Below, in pieces: positions 8,090-17,698 of a stretch of DNA of 36,256 nucleotides (position 1 is the stretch's first letter; the number at the start of each line of letters is the position of its first letter). The position numbers were made by a program, and so were the translations under genes. The notes below the pieces were generated by a model. That model searched no databases and was not told where the DNA came from. It saw only the letters and a list, made by a program, of their open reading frames with translations. This stretch comes from Myxococcota bacterium (GTDB lineage Bacteria > Myxococcota > JACRCW01): assembly GCA_040752415.1 (NCBI GenBank), contig JBFMGU010000098.1:1-36256 (forward strand), given 5' to 3'.

Positions 8090-11000
8090 CTAGAACTCCC
8101 AGCGGTACTTCACGTCGGCGCCGAGGTCACCGTAGCTGTGGAGCTGGCTGTTGCGGTCCCACACCACGCGCCCGGACAGGTGCTTGCCCCACCGCTTCTC
8201 CCACTCCAGCGACTGGTCCGGCTGCGTGTTCCCGCCGGATGCATCCACGATCGTCGACGTGAAACGCAGCCGCGTGCCGCCCCAGAACTCCGTGCCCACC
8301 ACCAACGCGGGCACACTGCCCTGCACCGCACCGGTCTGCTTCCGCGGTGTTCTCGACGTCAGATAGAACTCGTCAATGACCTGGCCGGGCAACGCCTTGC
8401 GGACCTCCTTGTCCACGCCGGTGGCGGAAGCCAGGAAGTCCAGCCCACCGGCGAACGCCGCGGTACGACCCGCACCGTAGATGTCATTGACGTCATTGGG
8501 CGCCAGGCCAAAGACGATGAGCGCGGCGATGTCGACGGGCGGCAGGTCCGGGTTGGAGCGCATGCGGATGCCGTGCTCCGCGCTGAGCTGTTCCACGGGG
8601 CCTTCCACGTCCACCCAGACGTCGTAGCCCTTGACGTGCGTCGTGGCTTCCACGTCGACGACAACCGCGATGCGCTGCCGCTCCACGAAGTCCACCGTCG
8701 AGCGGCCGATCTCGAACACGTTGTTGCGGTAGGTGGCGCGGCCGCCAATGGCGGTGAGCGTGCCAATGAGGCCCACGCGCTCATTGGTGCCGGTGAGGTG
8801 CAGGTCTCCGCGGAACTCGGCGTCCATGTTGTTGTTCTGGACGTAGATCTTGTCGTCGGCGCGGAGGTGGACGTCCATGTTCAGCCACTCCTTGTCCTTG
8901 TCATAGACACGTGGCGCCAGGCGTCGACGACGGAAGTCCTGTGTGAGGTTCTCCCAGTCCCAGGGCTCGGTGTAGCGGGCCTCCAGCACGTCCACCTCGC
9001 CGGTGAGCAGCATCTCCTCGGGGAGGCCTTCCATGTTGATGCGGCCGGAGAGGCGCGTGGGCAGGTAGTCCGGGATGCGGAAGCGCAGGTCCTGGAAGCG
9101 GCACACCAGGCTGATGTGCCCGATGGAGTAGCCCTTGAGGAACACCTCGGCGGAGCCCTTCACCGGACTCTCGTCGAGATAGAAGGTCAGCGGGTCAAAG
9201 ACGATCTTGTCGCGGATGAAGCTGATGTTGCTCTCCACGTCCTTGAAGTGGTGCGCAAACCCGTCGACGACAATCAGCCCGTCGTTGATGCGCCCCTGCC
9301 CCACCATCACCGGCTCCTCGGGGGTACCGCTGATGCCAAGCGTGAAGGTGAACGGCCCGTGGCTCTCCGTCACCGACGTCATGAACGTGCGCGCCAGGCT
9401 CAGGTCGCCCTGCACACCCAGCTGGAGATCGAGCTCGTTGGCGCTGGCGTGACCCTTGAGGTCCAGCTTGCTTCCGTCGTCGGTGACCAGCACCAGCTTG
9501 TCCACGCCCACCTTGGGACCGGCAAAGGAGAGCTTCACCTCGTCGGGGCTGGTGAGTGCCAGGTTGCGGTAGCTGAGACTGACCTTCTCCAGCGAGGCGT
9601 GGCCCGTGGATTTGCTGGCGTAGGAGAGCGCACCGGCCGCGTGGACCTTGCCACCGAACGAGAGCAACACGCCCTTGGGAAGCGCGTTGGGCCCGACGAT
9701 GTCCTGGGCGGGGCCGCGGTAGAACTCCAGGTCCGCCGTGTAGACCCAGGGCGATTCCAGCTTCATGGCGTAGTTCATCTCGGCGCGTCCGTCGAAGAGC
9801 GTGCCCGCGCCCTTGATGCGCCCGCCGCCCATCATGAGGTCCAGCTGTCCGTCGCCGATGGGGATGTCGCCGTACGCCACGTCGGTGACGTCGATGCGCA
9901 CGGGTCCCTGCCAGTCACTCACGGTGCCGCGCGCGTTGATGACGGCGTCAAAGCGACCGTGCACGGGGCTGCCCACCCCCTCGAGCGCGTTGAGCTGCGC
10001 CAGCGGCATCTCCGAGATGCGCGCGTCGATCTTCATCGCTCCTTCGGCGCGTGAGATGGGTCCCACGGCGTGCCAGCGCGAGGGGCTGCGGTCCAGCGTC
10101 AGGTCGTCGAAGTAGAAATTCTTGTGGTCCATGTGCGCGCTGACGTGCGTGCCGTCGAACTGCTGGTCGTACAGCGTGATGGCGCCCAGGTTGAATTCCG
10201 TCTCGAACGTCAGGTCTTCCGTGGTGGCGTCGCCCACCGCGCCGCGTGCGTCCGCCCAGCCCTCCACGTCTCCCGTCATGGGCAGCGTACGCAGGAACTC
10301 CATGACGTTGCCCCAGCCCGGCGGAATCACGGCGCGGATGTCCTCCGCCCTGCCCTTCACGTTGCGCGCCGCCACGGTGACATGCAGCGTGTCGCGCTTG
10401 GTGCGGGGACGCCCCAGCGCTTTTCCGTTGGGGCCCTGCCCCAGGTACGCGCGCCAGTTCAGCGCGGCCTCACCCTGGTACGTGGTGCGGTTCTTCTTCC
10501 CCTTCACGTCGAGAAACCGCAGCAGGAGGTTGTGGTAGTCAAAGCGCCCGTCGGCGTCGCCGATGTTGTAGCCCTCCACGCTGACGTTGGTGAGCTGGGC
10601 TTCTCCGGAGACGCGGATGTCGTCGTAGCGGCCCTTCACCAGGACGCGGCCGGGGCCCTTGCAGGTCAGGTGGATGCGCGAGATGGGGGAGATGCTCTCG
10701 CAGTCGAACGCCTCGCCGCGCGTGCTCGTCGCGCCAGCGTCCACCACCAGCTCATCATCCAGGCGGAACGGGATGTACACGTCACCGGTGGCGGTGGTCT
10801 TCCCGTCGGAGATGGTGCCGTTGAGGAAGGAGAAGTGGGTGAGGTCGAACTCCATGTCGCTGGTGCCATGCACGGGGGCCACCTGCATGATGAGCTCGTC
10901 GCTGCTGGCGGTGGCGTAGGACTCCGACCAGACCTTGAAGTTCGTCACGTCGGCAATGCCGTGTCCCTTGAACTTGAACTCCGGGTAGACCATCCCGGCG

Positions 11001-12199
11001 AACTCGACCTCCGCGTCGACGAGGAAATCCACCCAGCTCCCGGACACGCGCAGGTTCTCCATGGCCTGCGCAAAGCGACCGTGCTTGCCCGTGGCCGAGA
11101 AGCTCGCGGTGATCTCCTTGAAGTCCGACGAGAAGTTCACGCGCCCCTGCCCCTCGATGTCGGCGGTGGCGTAGTCGGCGTGCACGTTGGTGAAGTCCAC
11201 GCCGGTGGGGTCGGCAAAGAAGTCACCGCTGAAGGTGTCCAGCTGGAAGCCGTTGATCTCGATGTCGCGCAGCTCTCCGTCGCCAATGGCGGTGGGGTTG
11301 CGGGCACCGAAGGCGCTGCGCACGTGCGCGTTGAACGACACCGTGCCGCCCAGCGGGAGCAGGCGCGGGTTGTACGCGTTGAACTGGCTGAGCGGCACCA
11401 CGGCGGAGATGCGCAGGTCCGCGGCGGGAATGAGGCCCGTGGAGAGCGGCGCGAAACGGACCTTGCCCTGCGTTCGGCCGCGGATGGTGTCCATCTCCAT
11501 CATCGCGTCGACGATGTCGAGCTGCTCGGGGCGGAGCAGTCCGTCACCCTGCAGCGTGGCCTCGCCGTGCATCATGTTGAGGTGCGCCACGCCGCCGGTG
11601 GGAAGCGTGATGACGCCGCGCTCCAGCGCAAAGGCCATGCTGTGCAGGTCGGGGCCCTCGTCGTCCAGGGAGGCGCGCAGGCCGGTGAGCTCGACGTCAA
11701 CCGGGTGCTTCCCCTCCACCTTCACGTTGACATCCAGGCCGGTGACGCGGAGCTGACGGATGCGCAGGCGGAAGAAATCCAGGTCCCGCTTGCCGCCTTC
11801 CTCGTCGGGGATGGACTTCTTGAGGACCGGCAGGCCCACGATGCGCCCGTCGCGGATGACGAGGTTCACGTGGGGGCGGTTGACGTCGACCCGGTCCACC
11901 ACCACCGCGCCACCCAGCAGCTGCAACGGCGCCAGCGAGACCAGCACGCGCTGCACGCCGGCCATGCGCGGCGCACCCTCGCCGTGGACCTCCACTCCCT
12001 CGAGCTCCAGGCTGGCCGTCCACGGGTCCACCGTCACGCCGCCAAGGTCCACCTGGATGCCCGTCTCCCGCTCGAGCATGTCCTGCACCATGCCCGCGGC
12101 CAGGGCCTTGCCTTCCGGCGTCTCGAAGAAAAACCCCACCACCCCGGCACAAGCCAGGACGGAGCCGAGCAGCATCAGGATGAGGAGCTTCCGGATCAT
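8090..12199 (-). CDS. tamB: Translocation and assembly module TamB-like (AsmA-family, DUF490 C-terminus) protein
   Basis: About 1369 aa with an N-terminal TM anchor (MIRKLLILMLLGSVL...) and a long beta-rich repetitive body. C-terminal DUF490-like region (NNNMDAEFRGDLHLTGT, MRSNPDLPPVDIAALI) ends in the beta-strand YRWEF. GGAG RBS before the ATG at 12199. Confidence 0.85.
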   Translation of the reverse strand: MIRKLLILMLLGSVLACAGVVGFFFETPEGKALAAGMVQDMLERETGIQVDLGGVTVDPWTASLELEGVEVHGEGAPRMAGVQRVLVSLAPLQLLGGAVVVDRVDVNRPHVNLVIRDGRIVGLPVLKKSIPDEEGGKRDLDFFRLRIRQLRVTGLDVNVKVEGKHPVDVELTGLRASLDDEGPDLHSMAFALERGVITLPTGGVAHLNMMHGEATLQGDGLLRPEQLDIVDAMMEMDTIRGRTQGKVRFAPLSTGLIPAADLRISAVVPLSQFNAYNPRLLPLGGTVSFNAHVRSAFGARNPTAIGDGELRDIEINGFQLDTFSGDFFADPTGVDFTNVHADYATADIEGQGRVNFSSDFKEITASFSATGKHGRFAQAMENLRVSGSWVDFLVDAEVEFAGMVYPEFKFKGHGIADVTNFKVWSESYATASSDELIMQVAPVHGTSDMEFDLTHFSFLNGTISDGKTTATGDVYIPFRLDDELVVDAGATSTRGEAFDCESISPISRIHLTCKGPGRVLVKGRYDDIRVSGEAQLTNVSVEGYNIGDADGRFDYHNLLLRFLDVKGKKNRTTYQGEAALNWRAYLGQGPNGKALGRPRTKRDTLHVTVAARNVKGRAEDIRAVIPPGWGNVMEFLRTLPMTGDVEGWADARGAVGDATTEDLTFETEFNLGAITLYDQQFDGTHVSAHMDHKNFYFDDLTLDRSPSRWHAVGPISRAEGAMKIDARISEMPLAQLNALEGVGSPVHGRFDAVINARGTVSDWQGPVRIDVTDVAYGDIPIGDGQLDLMMGGGRIKGAGTLFDGRAEMNYAMKLESPWVYTADLEFYRGPAQDIVGPNALPKGVLLSFGGKVHAAGALSYASKSTGHASLEKVSLSYRNLALTSPDEVKLSFAGPKVGVDKLVLVTDDGSKLDLKGHASANELDLQLGVQGDLSLARTFMTSVTESHGPFTFTLGISGTPEEPVMVGQGRINDGLIVVDGFAHHFKDVESNISFIRDKIVFDPLTFYLDESPVKGSAEVFLKGYSIGHISLVCRFQDLRFRIPDYLPTRLSGRINMEGLPEEMLLTGEVDVLEARYTEPWDWENLTQDFRRRRLAPRVYDKDKEWLNMDVHLRADDKIYVQNNNMDAEFRGDLHLTGTNERVGLIGTLTAIGGRATYRNNVFEIGRSTVDFVERQRIAVVVDVEATTHVKGYDVWVDVEGPVEQLSAEHGIRMRSNPDLPPVDIAALIVFGLAPNDVNDIYGAGRTAAFAGGLDFLASATGVDKEVRKALPGQVIDEFYLTSRTPRKQTGAVQGSVPALVVGTEFWGGTRLRFTSTIVDASGGNTQPDQSLEWEKRWGKHLSGRVVWDRNSQLHSYGDLGADVKYRWEF

Positions 12200-12505
12200 C
12201 CTGCTCCAACCACTTCCAGGGGTCCTTCCCGAGGGAAACTTTGCATTGTGCGTACCAGTCACCGAATCGGCAAGCTTTGAGCGGACTTTTCCCTCCGCAC
12301 CCGGACTGAGACGACACACCGTCGCGCGGCGTTCACAGGTGTGCCGGGCACGCACATGGAACGGGTGCGCAAAACGGGCGGGGACCTCCTCGAGCGTGAA
12401 CCGGGAGAACCTTGCGGTTGTCCATCCGTTCTAAGCTTCCGCGCGCGCCCAAGCCCCTGCGCGCCACGACGGCGTGCGCTTGTGCCGCACGAGAGGGAGG
12501 GCTTC

Positions 12506-14824
12506 GTGTCAGCGTTTCCCCTGCTGCTTGCCATCCTGGCTGCCCCGCCCATCACCGGCGAGGTGGTGCTTCCCCTCGCGGTCTACGACGAGCTGCGCGC
12601 CCAGGCCGACGTGGATCCGCCGGATCGTCCCCCACCGGTCCCCTCCAGCATCCGCGAGGCGGCCTACCACGTCACCGCCAACGGCTCGCGCGCGCGGGTC
12701 ACCATGAGGACGACGGTGGACGTGCTGCAGAAGCAACCGCACAGCCAGCAGCTGCTGGGCGCGGGCGCGGCACTGGTCTCGCTCACCGTCGACGGGCAGC
12801 CCGCGGGCGTGGTGGTGCGCGACGGGTACTACGCCGTGGAGCTGAAGCCGGGTTCGCACGCGGTGGTGATGGAGGTGGTGGTTCCCGTCGCCAGCGAGGG
12901 CCCTTCGGAGGTGCACCTGGACATCCCGGAGGCGGTGGCCTCCCGACTCACCGCGGACCTGCCAGGGACGGGGCTGGGTGTGACGGTGGAGGGTGTTCCC
13001 GACGTCGTGGTGCGACGCGCGGAACGTCGGACGCTGGTGAGCGCGGCGCTCCCTACGAGCAGCACGCTGGGTCTTTCCTGGGTGGGCCAGGGGGAGGAGT
13101 CCGAAGCGGAACCGGAGGAGGAGCTGGCGACGCCGAGCACGCCGGGTCGCGCGCGGGCAGTGGTGCTGCACCAGCTCTCCGTCGAGGAGGCGTACATCCG
13201 CGGCACGGTACGGGTGACCCTGAGCGTGCAGAAGGGAACGCGCGCGGAGGCCGCGGTCTCGCTCCCCGGCAACGTGGACATCCTCGACGTGGGCGCGGAG
13301 GACCTGCGCGAGTGGAACACCACGACGGAGAATGGTCGGAAGGTGGTGCGGGCGCAGTTCAAGTACGCGCGTACGGGAGAAATCCCCATCACGGTCCGCT
13401 ACGAGCGCGCGCTGGGCGACGCCAAGGCCGCACCGGTGGAAGTGCCCGAGCCCGTCGTTCTCGACGTGGAGGCCGAGCGCGGGTTCCTGGGAATCGAGAC
13501 GGCGCCGGGCGTGGAGGTCACGTTGACGCGCACGGAAGGGGCGGAGCGCCTGGATGGCCGCGACCTGCCCAGCGAGCTGTGGTCCATGACGACGACGCCA
13601 CTGGTGCTGGGCGTGAAGTACCTGGAGCACCCGGTGAACGTGGCCATGCAGGTCTCCCACCAGGCCAAGGTGGCGGTGGCGGACACCACGCTGGACAGCG
13701 CCAGCTTCGAGACGGTGATCAACGCCGAGGGACGTGCGGTGAGCGCGGTGAACTTCCACGTGCGCAACCACCAGCGCCAGTACCTGGAGGTGAAGCTCCC
13801 CGCCGAGACGACGGTGCTGTCTTGCTTCGTCAACGGCAAACCGGTGCGGCCCGCGCGCGGAGGACAGGACACGCTGTTCATCCCGCTGGATCGCTCGACG
13901 GTGGCGGAGGGCAGCGGAGCGGCATTCCCCGTGGAGCTGGTCATCACGCAGAACACCGGGAAGCTGTGGCCCTTCAGCCGCGTGAACCTGCAGATGCCGG
14001 CGACGAGCGTGCAGGCCATGGACCTCTCCTGGCGCGTCTACGTCCCTGCCACGCACACGGCGCTCTCGTTCGGCGGCAACTTCTCGTCGATGAGCGACCC
14101 CTCCTCCGTGCGCCGCTGGCTCTCCGGCGTCTTCAGCGCGGTCCCGGATGCGCTGGCGGGTGATTCGTTGGAAGGCTGGGATTATTCGCAGGGTGTAAAG
14201 GCGCGGTTCGCGCAGAAGCGTGAAGAGGCCAATCTCCCGACGTCGGTGCGCGTGTCCCGCCCGTTGGTGGGCCGCGTCTACGACTTCCGCGCCAACCTGC
14301 TCCGCGCCGTGGCGCCGGAAGTAAGCGTCACGCTCGTCAAGCGCGAATGGCTCTCCCATGGTTCTCTCGTCGCCATGCTGATGGTCGCGCTGGGTGCGCT
14401 CATGACCGCCGAGCGGATTCGTCGTCGGGAACGCGGGATGGCGGGCGCCGGTCCGGCATTGATGATCGCGGGGCTGGGGTTGGGCCTTTCCGTCGGGCTC
14501 TACCTCAATGGAACGGCCATGCGCCTTGCGTTGGCGGCAATGTTGGTGCCGGCGTGGCTGGTGACGTGGCGCCTGCGGGACGTGTTTGTCGACGGGAAAC
14601 GGCGTGCAGGCAAAGCGGTGGCGCTGTTGGCGGGCGGCGTGTTGGGACTGGCGCTGATGGCGGGCGCGTTGTCGGAGAGCGTGGTGGGCGCGGGCATCCT
14701 GCTGCTCATGGCGCAGGGACTTGGGATGTTGGCGTCGAAGTGGTCCGTCGTGGCGGCAGGTTCCGCGGCGCCGCCTTCGGGCACGCCCGTAGCTGGTGTG
14801 AGCACGGAAGGAGGTGCCCAATGA
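12506..14824 (+). CDS. Exported beta-rich protein with C-terminal multi-TM anchor, unknown function (paralog A)
   Basis: GGGAGG RBS before the GTG at 12506. Signal-peptide-like N-terminus, high-GC3 codon usage and about 5 C-terminal hydrophobic helices. Clear sequence similarity to the next gene. Confidence 0.85.
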   Translation: MSAFPLLLAILAAPPITGEVVLPLAVYDELRAQADVDPPDRPPPVPSSIREAAYHVTANGSRARVTMRTTVDVLQKQPHSQQLLGAGAALVSLTVDGQPAGVVVRDGYYAVELKPGSHAVVMEVVVPVASEGPSEVHLDIPEAVASRLTADLPGTGLGVTVEGVPDVVVRRAERRTLVSAALPTSSTLGLSWVGQGEESEAEPEEELATPSTPGRARAVVLHQLSVEEAYIRGTVRVTLSVQKGTRAEAAVSLPGNVDILDVGAEDLREWNTTTENGRKVVRAQFKYARTGEIPITVRYERALGDAKAAPVEVPEPVVLDVEAERGFLGIETAPGVEVTLTRTEGAERLDGRDLPSELWSMTTTPLVLGVKYLEHPVNVAMQVSHQAKVAVADTTLDSASFETVINAEGRAVSAVNFHVRNHQRQYLEVKLPAETTVLSCFVNGKPVRPARGGQDTLFIPLDRSTVAEGSGAAFPVELVITQNTGKLWPFSRVNLQMPATSVQAMDLSWRVYVPATHTALSFGGNFSSMSDPSSVRRWLSGVFSAVPDALAGDSLEGWDYSQGVKARFAQKREEANLPTSVRVSRPLVGRVYDFRANLLRAVAPEVSVTLVKREWLSHGSLVAMLMVALGALMTAERIRRRERGMAGAGPALMIAGLGLGLSVGLYLNGTAMRLALAAMLVPAWLVTWRLRDVFVDGKRRAGKAVALLAGGVLGLALMAGALSESVVGAGILLLMAQGLGMLASKWSVVAAGSAAPPSGTPVAGVSTEGGAQ

Positions 14825-17133
14825 GACGCATCACGACGCTGCTTGCATTGTCCTTGCTCGCCACCACCGCCGCCGCCGACGAGGCCGGCACCATCCGCAT
14901 CCCGGCGTCCGTCTACCACGACCTCAAGACCCGGGCGGAGAAGACGCAGGACCCCGAGTCTCCCGACGAGACCGAAGGTGGCACCCGCGTGGTCTCCGCC
15001 CAGCTCACGGGCACGCTGGACAAACGCGCGCTCAACCTGGAGCTGCGCATCACCGTCGAGGGACGCGGGGAAGGCTGGCACAGCGTGTCGCTGCTTCCGA
15101 CGGACGTGCCTCTGCTGGACGCGCAGATCACTGGCGGTACGGGCACGGTGATCTTCATGGATGGCTTCCGCGCGCTCGCGTTCGAGGGGCCGGGGCGACG
15201 CACGCTCGTGGCGCACATGACGTCGGCGGGAGAAGGCGCGGGGTCCATGCGGCAGGTGGCGCTCAACATCCTTCCGGGCATCAGTCGCGAGCTGAACATC
15301 GTGCTGGGGGACAAGGTCGACGCCGAGCTCGAGGGCGCCACGCTGGTGGGAGAGGACCGGGCGGGTGGAAAGCGCGCCCTCGTCGGGTGGCTGACGCCAC
15401 AGGATGGCGAGGTGCAGCTGCGCTGGAACACGGACGGATCCCGACGAGATGACGCCCTCCCCACGACGGAGCCGCGCGAGAAAGGCAGCAAGGAGCCCGC
15501 GCGCATCAACGTGCAGACGAGCATGCTGGCCAGCGTCGGCGAGCGACTGCTCACCGTCTACGCAACGCTGCGTTACGCGATCTTCCACGCGCCCGTCTCG
15601 CGCTTTGAGTGGACCGTTCCTGCCGGCGCAGAGGTCATTGGCGTCCAGGGTCGCGGCGTGAGTGATTGGACATGCTCGTCGGGGACGGGGGAGCGCACGT
15701 GCTCGGTGGAGCTGCCGTTCCCGGTGCAGCGCACGTATGAGCTGTCCATCCAGCTCGAGCAGCCGCTGGCCAAGGACGTCACGAGTGTTTCGCTGCCGGT
15801 GCCCGTGGCGAAGGGGGTGCAGCGTCAGAGCGGGCACATTGCCGTCGAGGTCATGGGCAACGCGGAGGTCCAGCCCGTGCGTGAAGGCACCACGGCGACG
15901 CACGAGGACATCCGCGAGCTGCCCGCGGACCTCTTCACCGGCCAGAGCACGCCCATCCTGTTGGCCTTCAAGTTCCTCGAGGCGCCCGTCAAGGTGGAGC
16001 TGACTGTGCAACGTCGTGAGTCGCTGGAGATGTCGCCCATCAGCGTGGATGACGCGGCGTTCACGACGGTCTGGACCACCGAAGGCCGCACCATCACCGA
16101 GGGCAACCTGCTCATCCGCAACCGGCAGCGACAGTTCCTCTCGTTGAAGCTGCCCGAGGGTGCGGTGATCCAGAGCGCGTTCGTGGGCCAGGATCCGGTC
16201 AAGCCATCGACGAGCGACAAGGGCGACATCCGCATCCCGCTGAAGACCGCGGGCCTGGGCGCCGGCTCGGACCAGGTGGCCGTGCAACTCGTCTACGCCC
16301 GCGACAACCTGCCGATTCCGACGCTGGGACGCCTCCGTGCGGAGCTCCCGTCGATGGATGCGGAGATCGGCGCGCTGCACCACACGCTGATCCTGCCGGA
16401 CCGTCAGAAGCTGTGGGCGTTTGACGGTGACCTGTCCACGCTCACCCCACGGGTCTTCAACGACGACGACATTTCCCACGGTCGAAGCCTTTCAGGTCAT
16501 TCGTTCGGTGGCGTTGCAGAGTTGGACCTCATGGACGCTCCGATTGGTGCGCGCATGGCCATGGCACCACCACCCGCGGCTGCGCCTGCGCAGGTTCAGA
16601 CGGACCCCAACCGGGTACTCCTCAGAGAAGAACGCAGGCCTTCTCGCGCGAAGGCCGCAGTGTCCAACATCGGCGGGCTTGGCCTCGAGGACCAGATGGG
16701 TCCTGGTGGCGGTGGCACGGGAATGATGCAGATGGCGCAGTCACCGCTTGGTCAGACCGGTGTGCTCCCAGTGCGCATCCAGATTCCGCAACGGGGAGAC
16801 CGTTACATGGCCCACGCGTTCTACGTGCCGCCCAACCGCGCCATGAGCTGGAACGCGCGCGCCCTCTCCCGCTCCGCCACGACGACGCTCTACTCCCTCC
16901 TGGCCGCTCTCGGCTTCGCGCTCGGCGCGCTGGTGTTCCGACAGGGTCGCTCATTGATGGAGCGCAAGGGCATCAACAGCGAGCAGGCGGCGCTGGTGAC
17001 GATGGCCTTCTTGAGCGTGCTGCTGACGGTGTATTTCCGTCGTCACATGATGATGCTGCCGGGATTCCTCGTCGTGGGTGCGGTGACTGCGTGGGCCGTC
17101 CAGCAGGTCCGCAGTCGCCGCATCAGCGCCTGA
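14821..17133 (+). CDS. Exported beta-rich protein with C-terminal multi-TM anchor, unknown function (paralog B)
   Basis: GGAGG RBS and ATGA overlap with the upstream stop. Signal peptide MRRITTLLALSLLATTAAA and about 3 C-terminal TM helices. Shares RNxQRQ(Y/F)LxxKLP and other blocks with paralog A. Confidence 0.88.
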   Translation: MRRITTLLALSLLATTAAADEAGTIRIPASVYHDLKTRAEKTQDPESPDETEGGTRVVSAQLTGTLDKRALNLELRITVEGRGEGWHSVSLLPTDVPLLDAQITGGTGTVIFMDGFRALAFEGPGRRTLVAHMTSAGEGAGSMRQVALNILPGISRELNIVLGDKVDAELEGATLVGEDRAGGKRALVGWLTPQDGEVQLRWNTDGSRRDDALPTTEPREKGSKEPARINVQTSMLASVGERLLTVYATLRYAIFHAPVSRFEWTVPAGAEVIGVQGRGVSDWTCSSGTGERTCSVELPFPVQRTYELSIQLEQPLAKDVTSVSLPVPVAKGVQRQSGHIAVEVMGNAEVQPVREGTTATHEDIRELPADLFTGQSTPILLAFKFLEAPVKVELTVQRRESLEMSPISVDDAAFTTVWTTEGRTITEGNLLIRNRQRQFLSLKLPEGAVIQSAFVGQDPVKPSTSDKGDIRIPLKTAGLGAGSDQVAVQLVYARDNLPIPTLGRLRAELPSMDAEIGALHHTLILPDRQKLWAFDGDLSTLTPRVFNDDDISHGRSLSGHSFGGVAELDLMDAPIGARMAMAPPPAAAPAQVQTDPNRVLLREERRPSRAKAAVSNIGGLGLEDQMGPGGGGTGMMQMAQSPLGQTGVLPVRIQIPQRGDRYMAHAFYVPPNRAMSWNARALSRSATTTLYSLLAALGFALGALVFRQGRSLMERKGINSEQAALVTMAFLSVLLTVYFRRHMMMLPGFLVVGAVTAWAVQQVRSRRISA

Positions 17134-17698
17134 AGCTCGCACGAATCTTCTTCACCACGCGAAGCGCGCCGGGCTCGCCCATCTGACGCGCGGCCTCCTC
17201 CAGCGGAAACCAGCGCAGGTCCTTGCTTTCCACGTCGTCGCGACTGAGCGGCTCGGTGGAATCACCCAGGACCAGGAAACGCACGTCCAGGTGATCATGC
17301 GCGGGCTCATCCTTGCGCGCTGGGATGAGATGCACGTCCACGTCGAGCACCTGCACCGGCTCCGCCAGACGCAGCCGGTTCAGACCACTCTCCTCGCGCG
17401 CTTCGCGGAACGCGGTGGCTGCGGCGTCCTGCTCGCCGTCGTCGTGGCCGCCCATCTGGAGCCAGCGGTCCAGCTTGCGATGGTGGTGCAACAGCAGGGA
17501 GTCGGTGGCGGGATCGTAGATGAACGCGCTGCCGGTGATGTGGCCGGGGAGCGTGGTGCGATGGAAACACGCAGGCTCCACCGAGGCGAACCGCAGGATG
17601 TGCTCCAGGTGCCGCTGCTCCACGTCGTCAATCGCGCGGTGCGCGCGCAACAAGGTCACCAGTTTTTCTTGTGCAGGTGTCAAGTGATGACTCCTCAT
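17123..17698 (-). CDS. NUDIX hydrolase
   Basis: Nudix box GGHDDGEQDAAATAFREAREESGL. HITGSAFI, LHHHRKLDRWLQ, DVDVHLIP and HLDVRF motifs. The ATG at 17698 overlaps the stop of the upstream gene (ATGA). Confidence 0.92.
   Translation of the reverse strand: MRSHHLTPAQEKLVTLLRAHRAIDDVEQRHLEHILRFASVEPACFHRTTLPGHITGSAFIYDPATDSLLLHHHRKLDRWLQMGGHDDGEQDAAATAFREAREESGLNRLRLAEPVQVLDVDVHLIPARKDEPAHDHLDVRFLVLGDSTEPLSRDDVESKDLRWFPLEEAARQMGEPGALRVVKKIRASFRR

Noticed and set aside
2313..14820. N-terminal extensions given by the ORF track (starts at 2313, 3864, 5990, 7543, 12341, 12355, 14347)
   Set aside because: They overlap neighbouring genes or intergenic DNA. Downstream starts with an RBS, signal peptide or family-typical N-terminus fit better.
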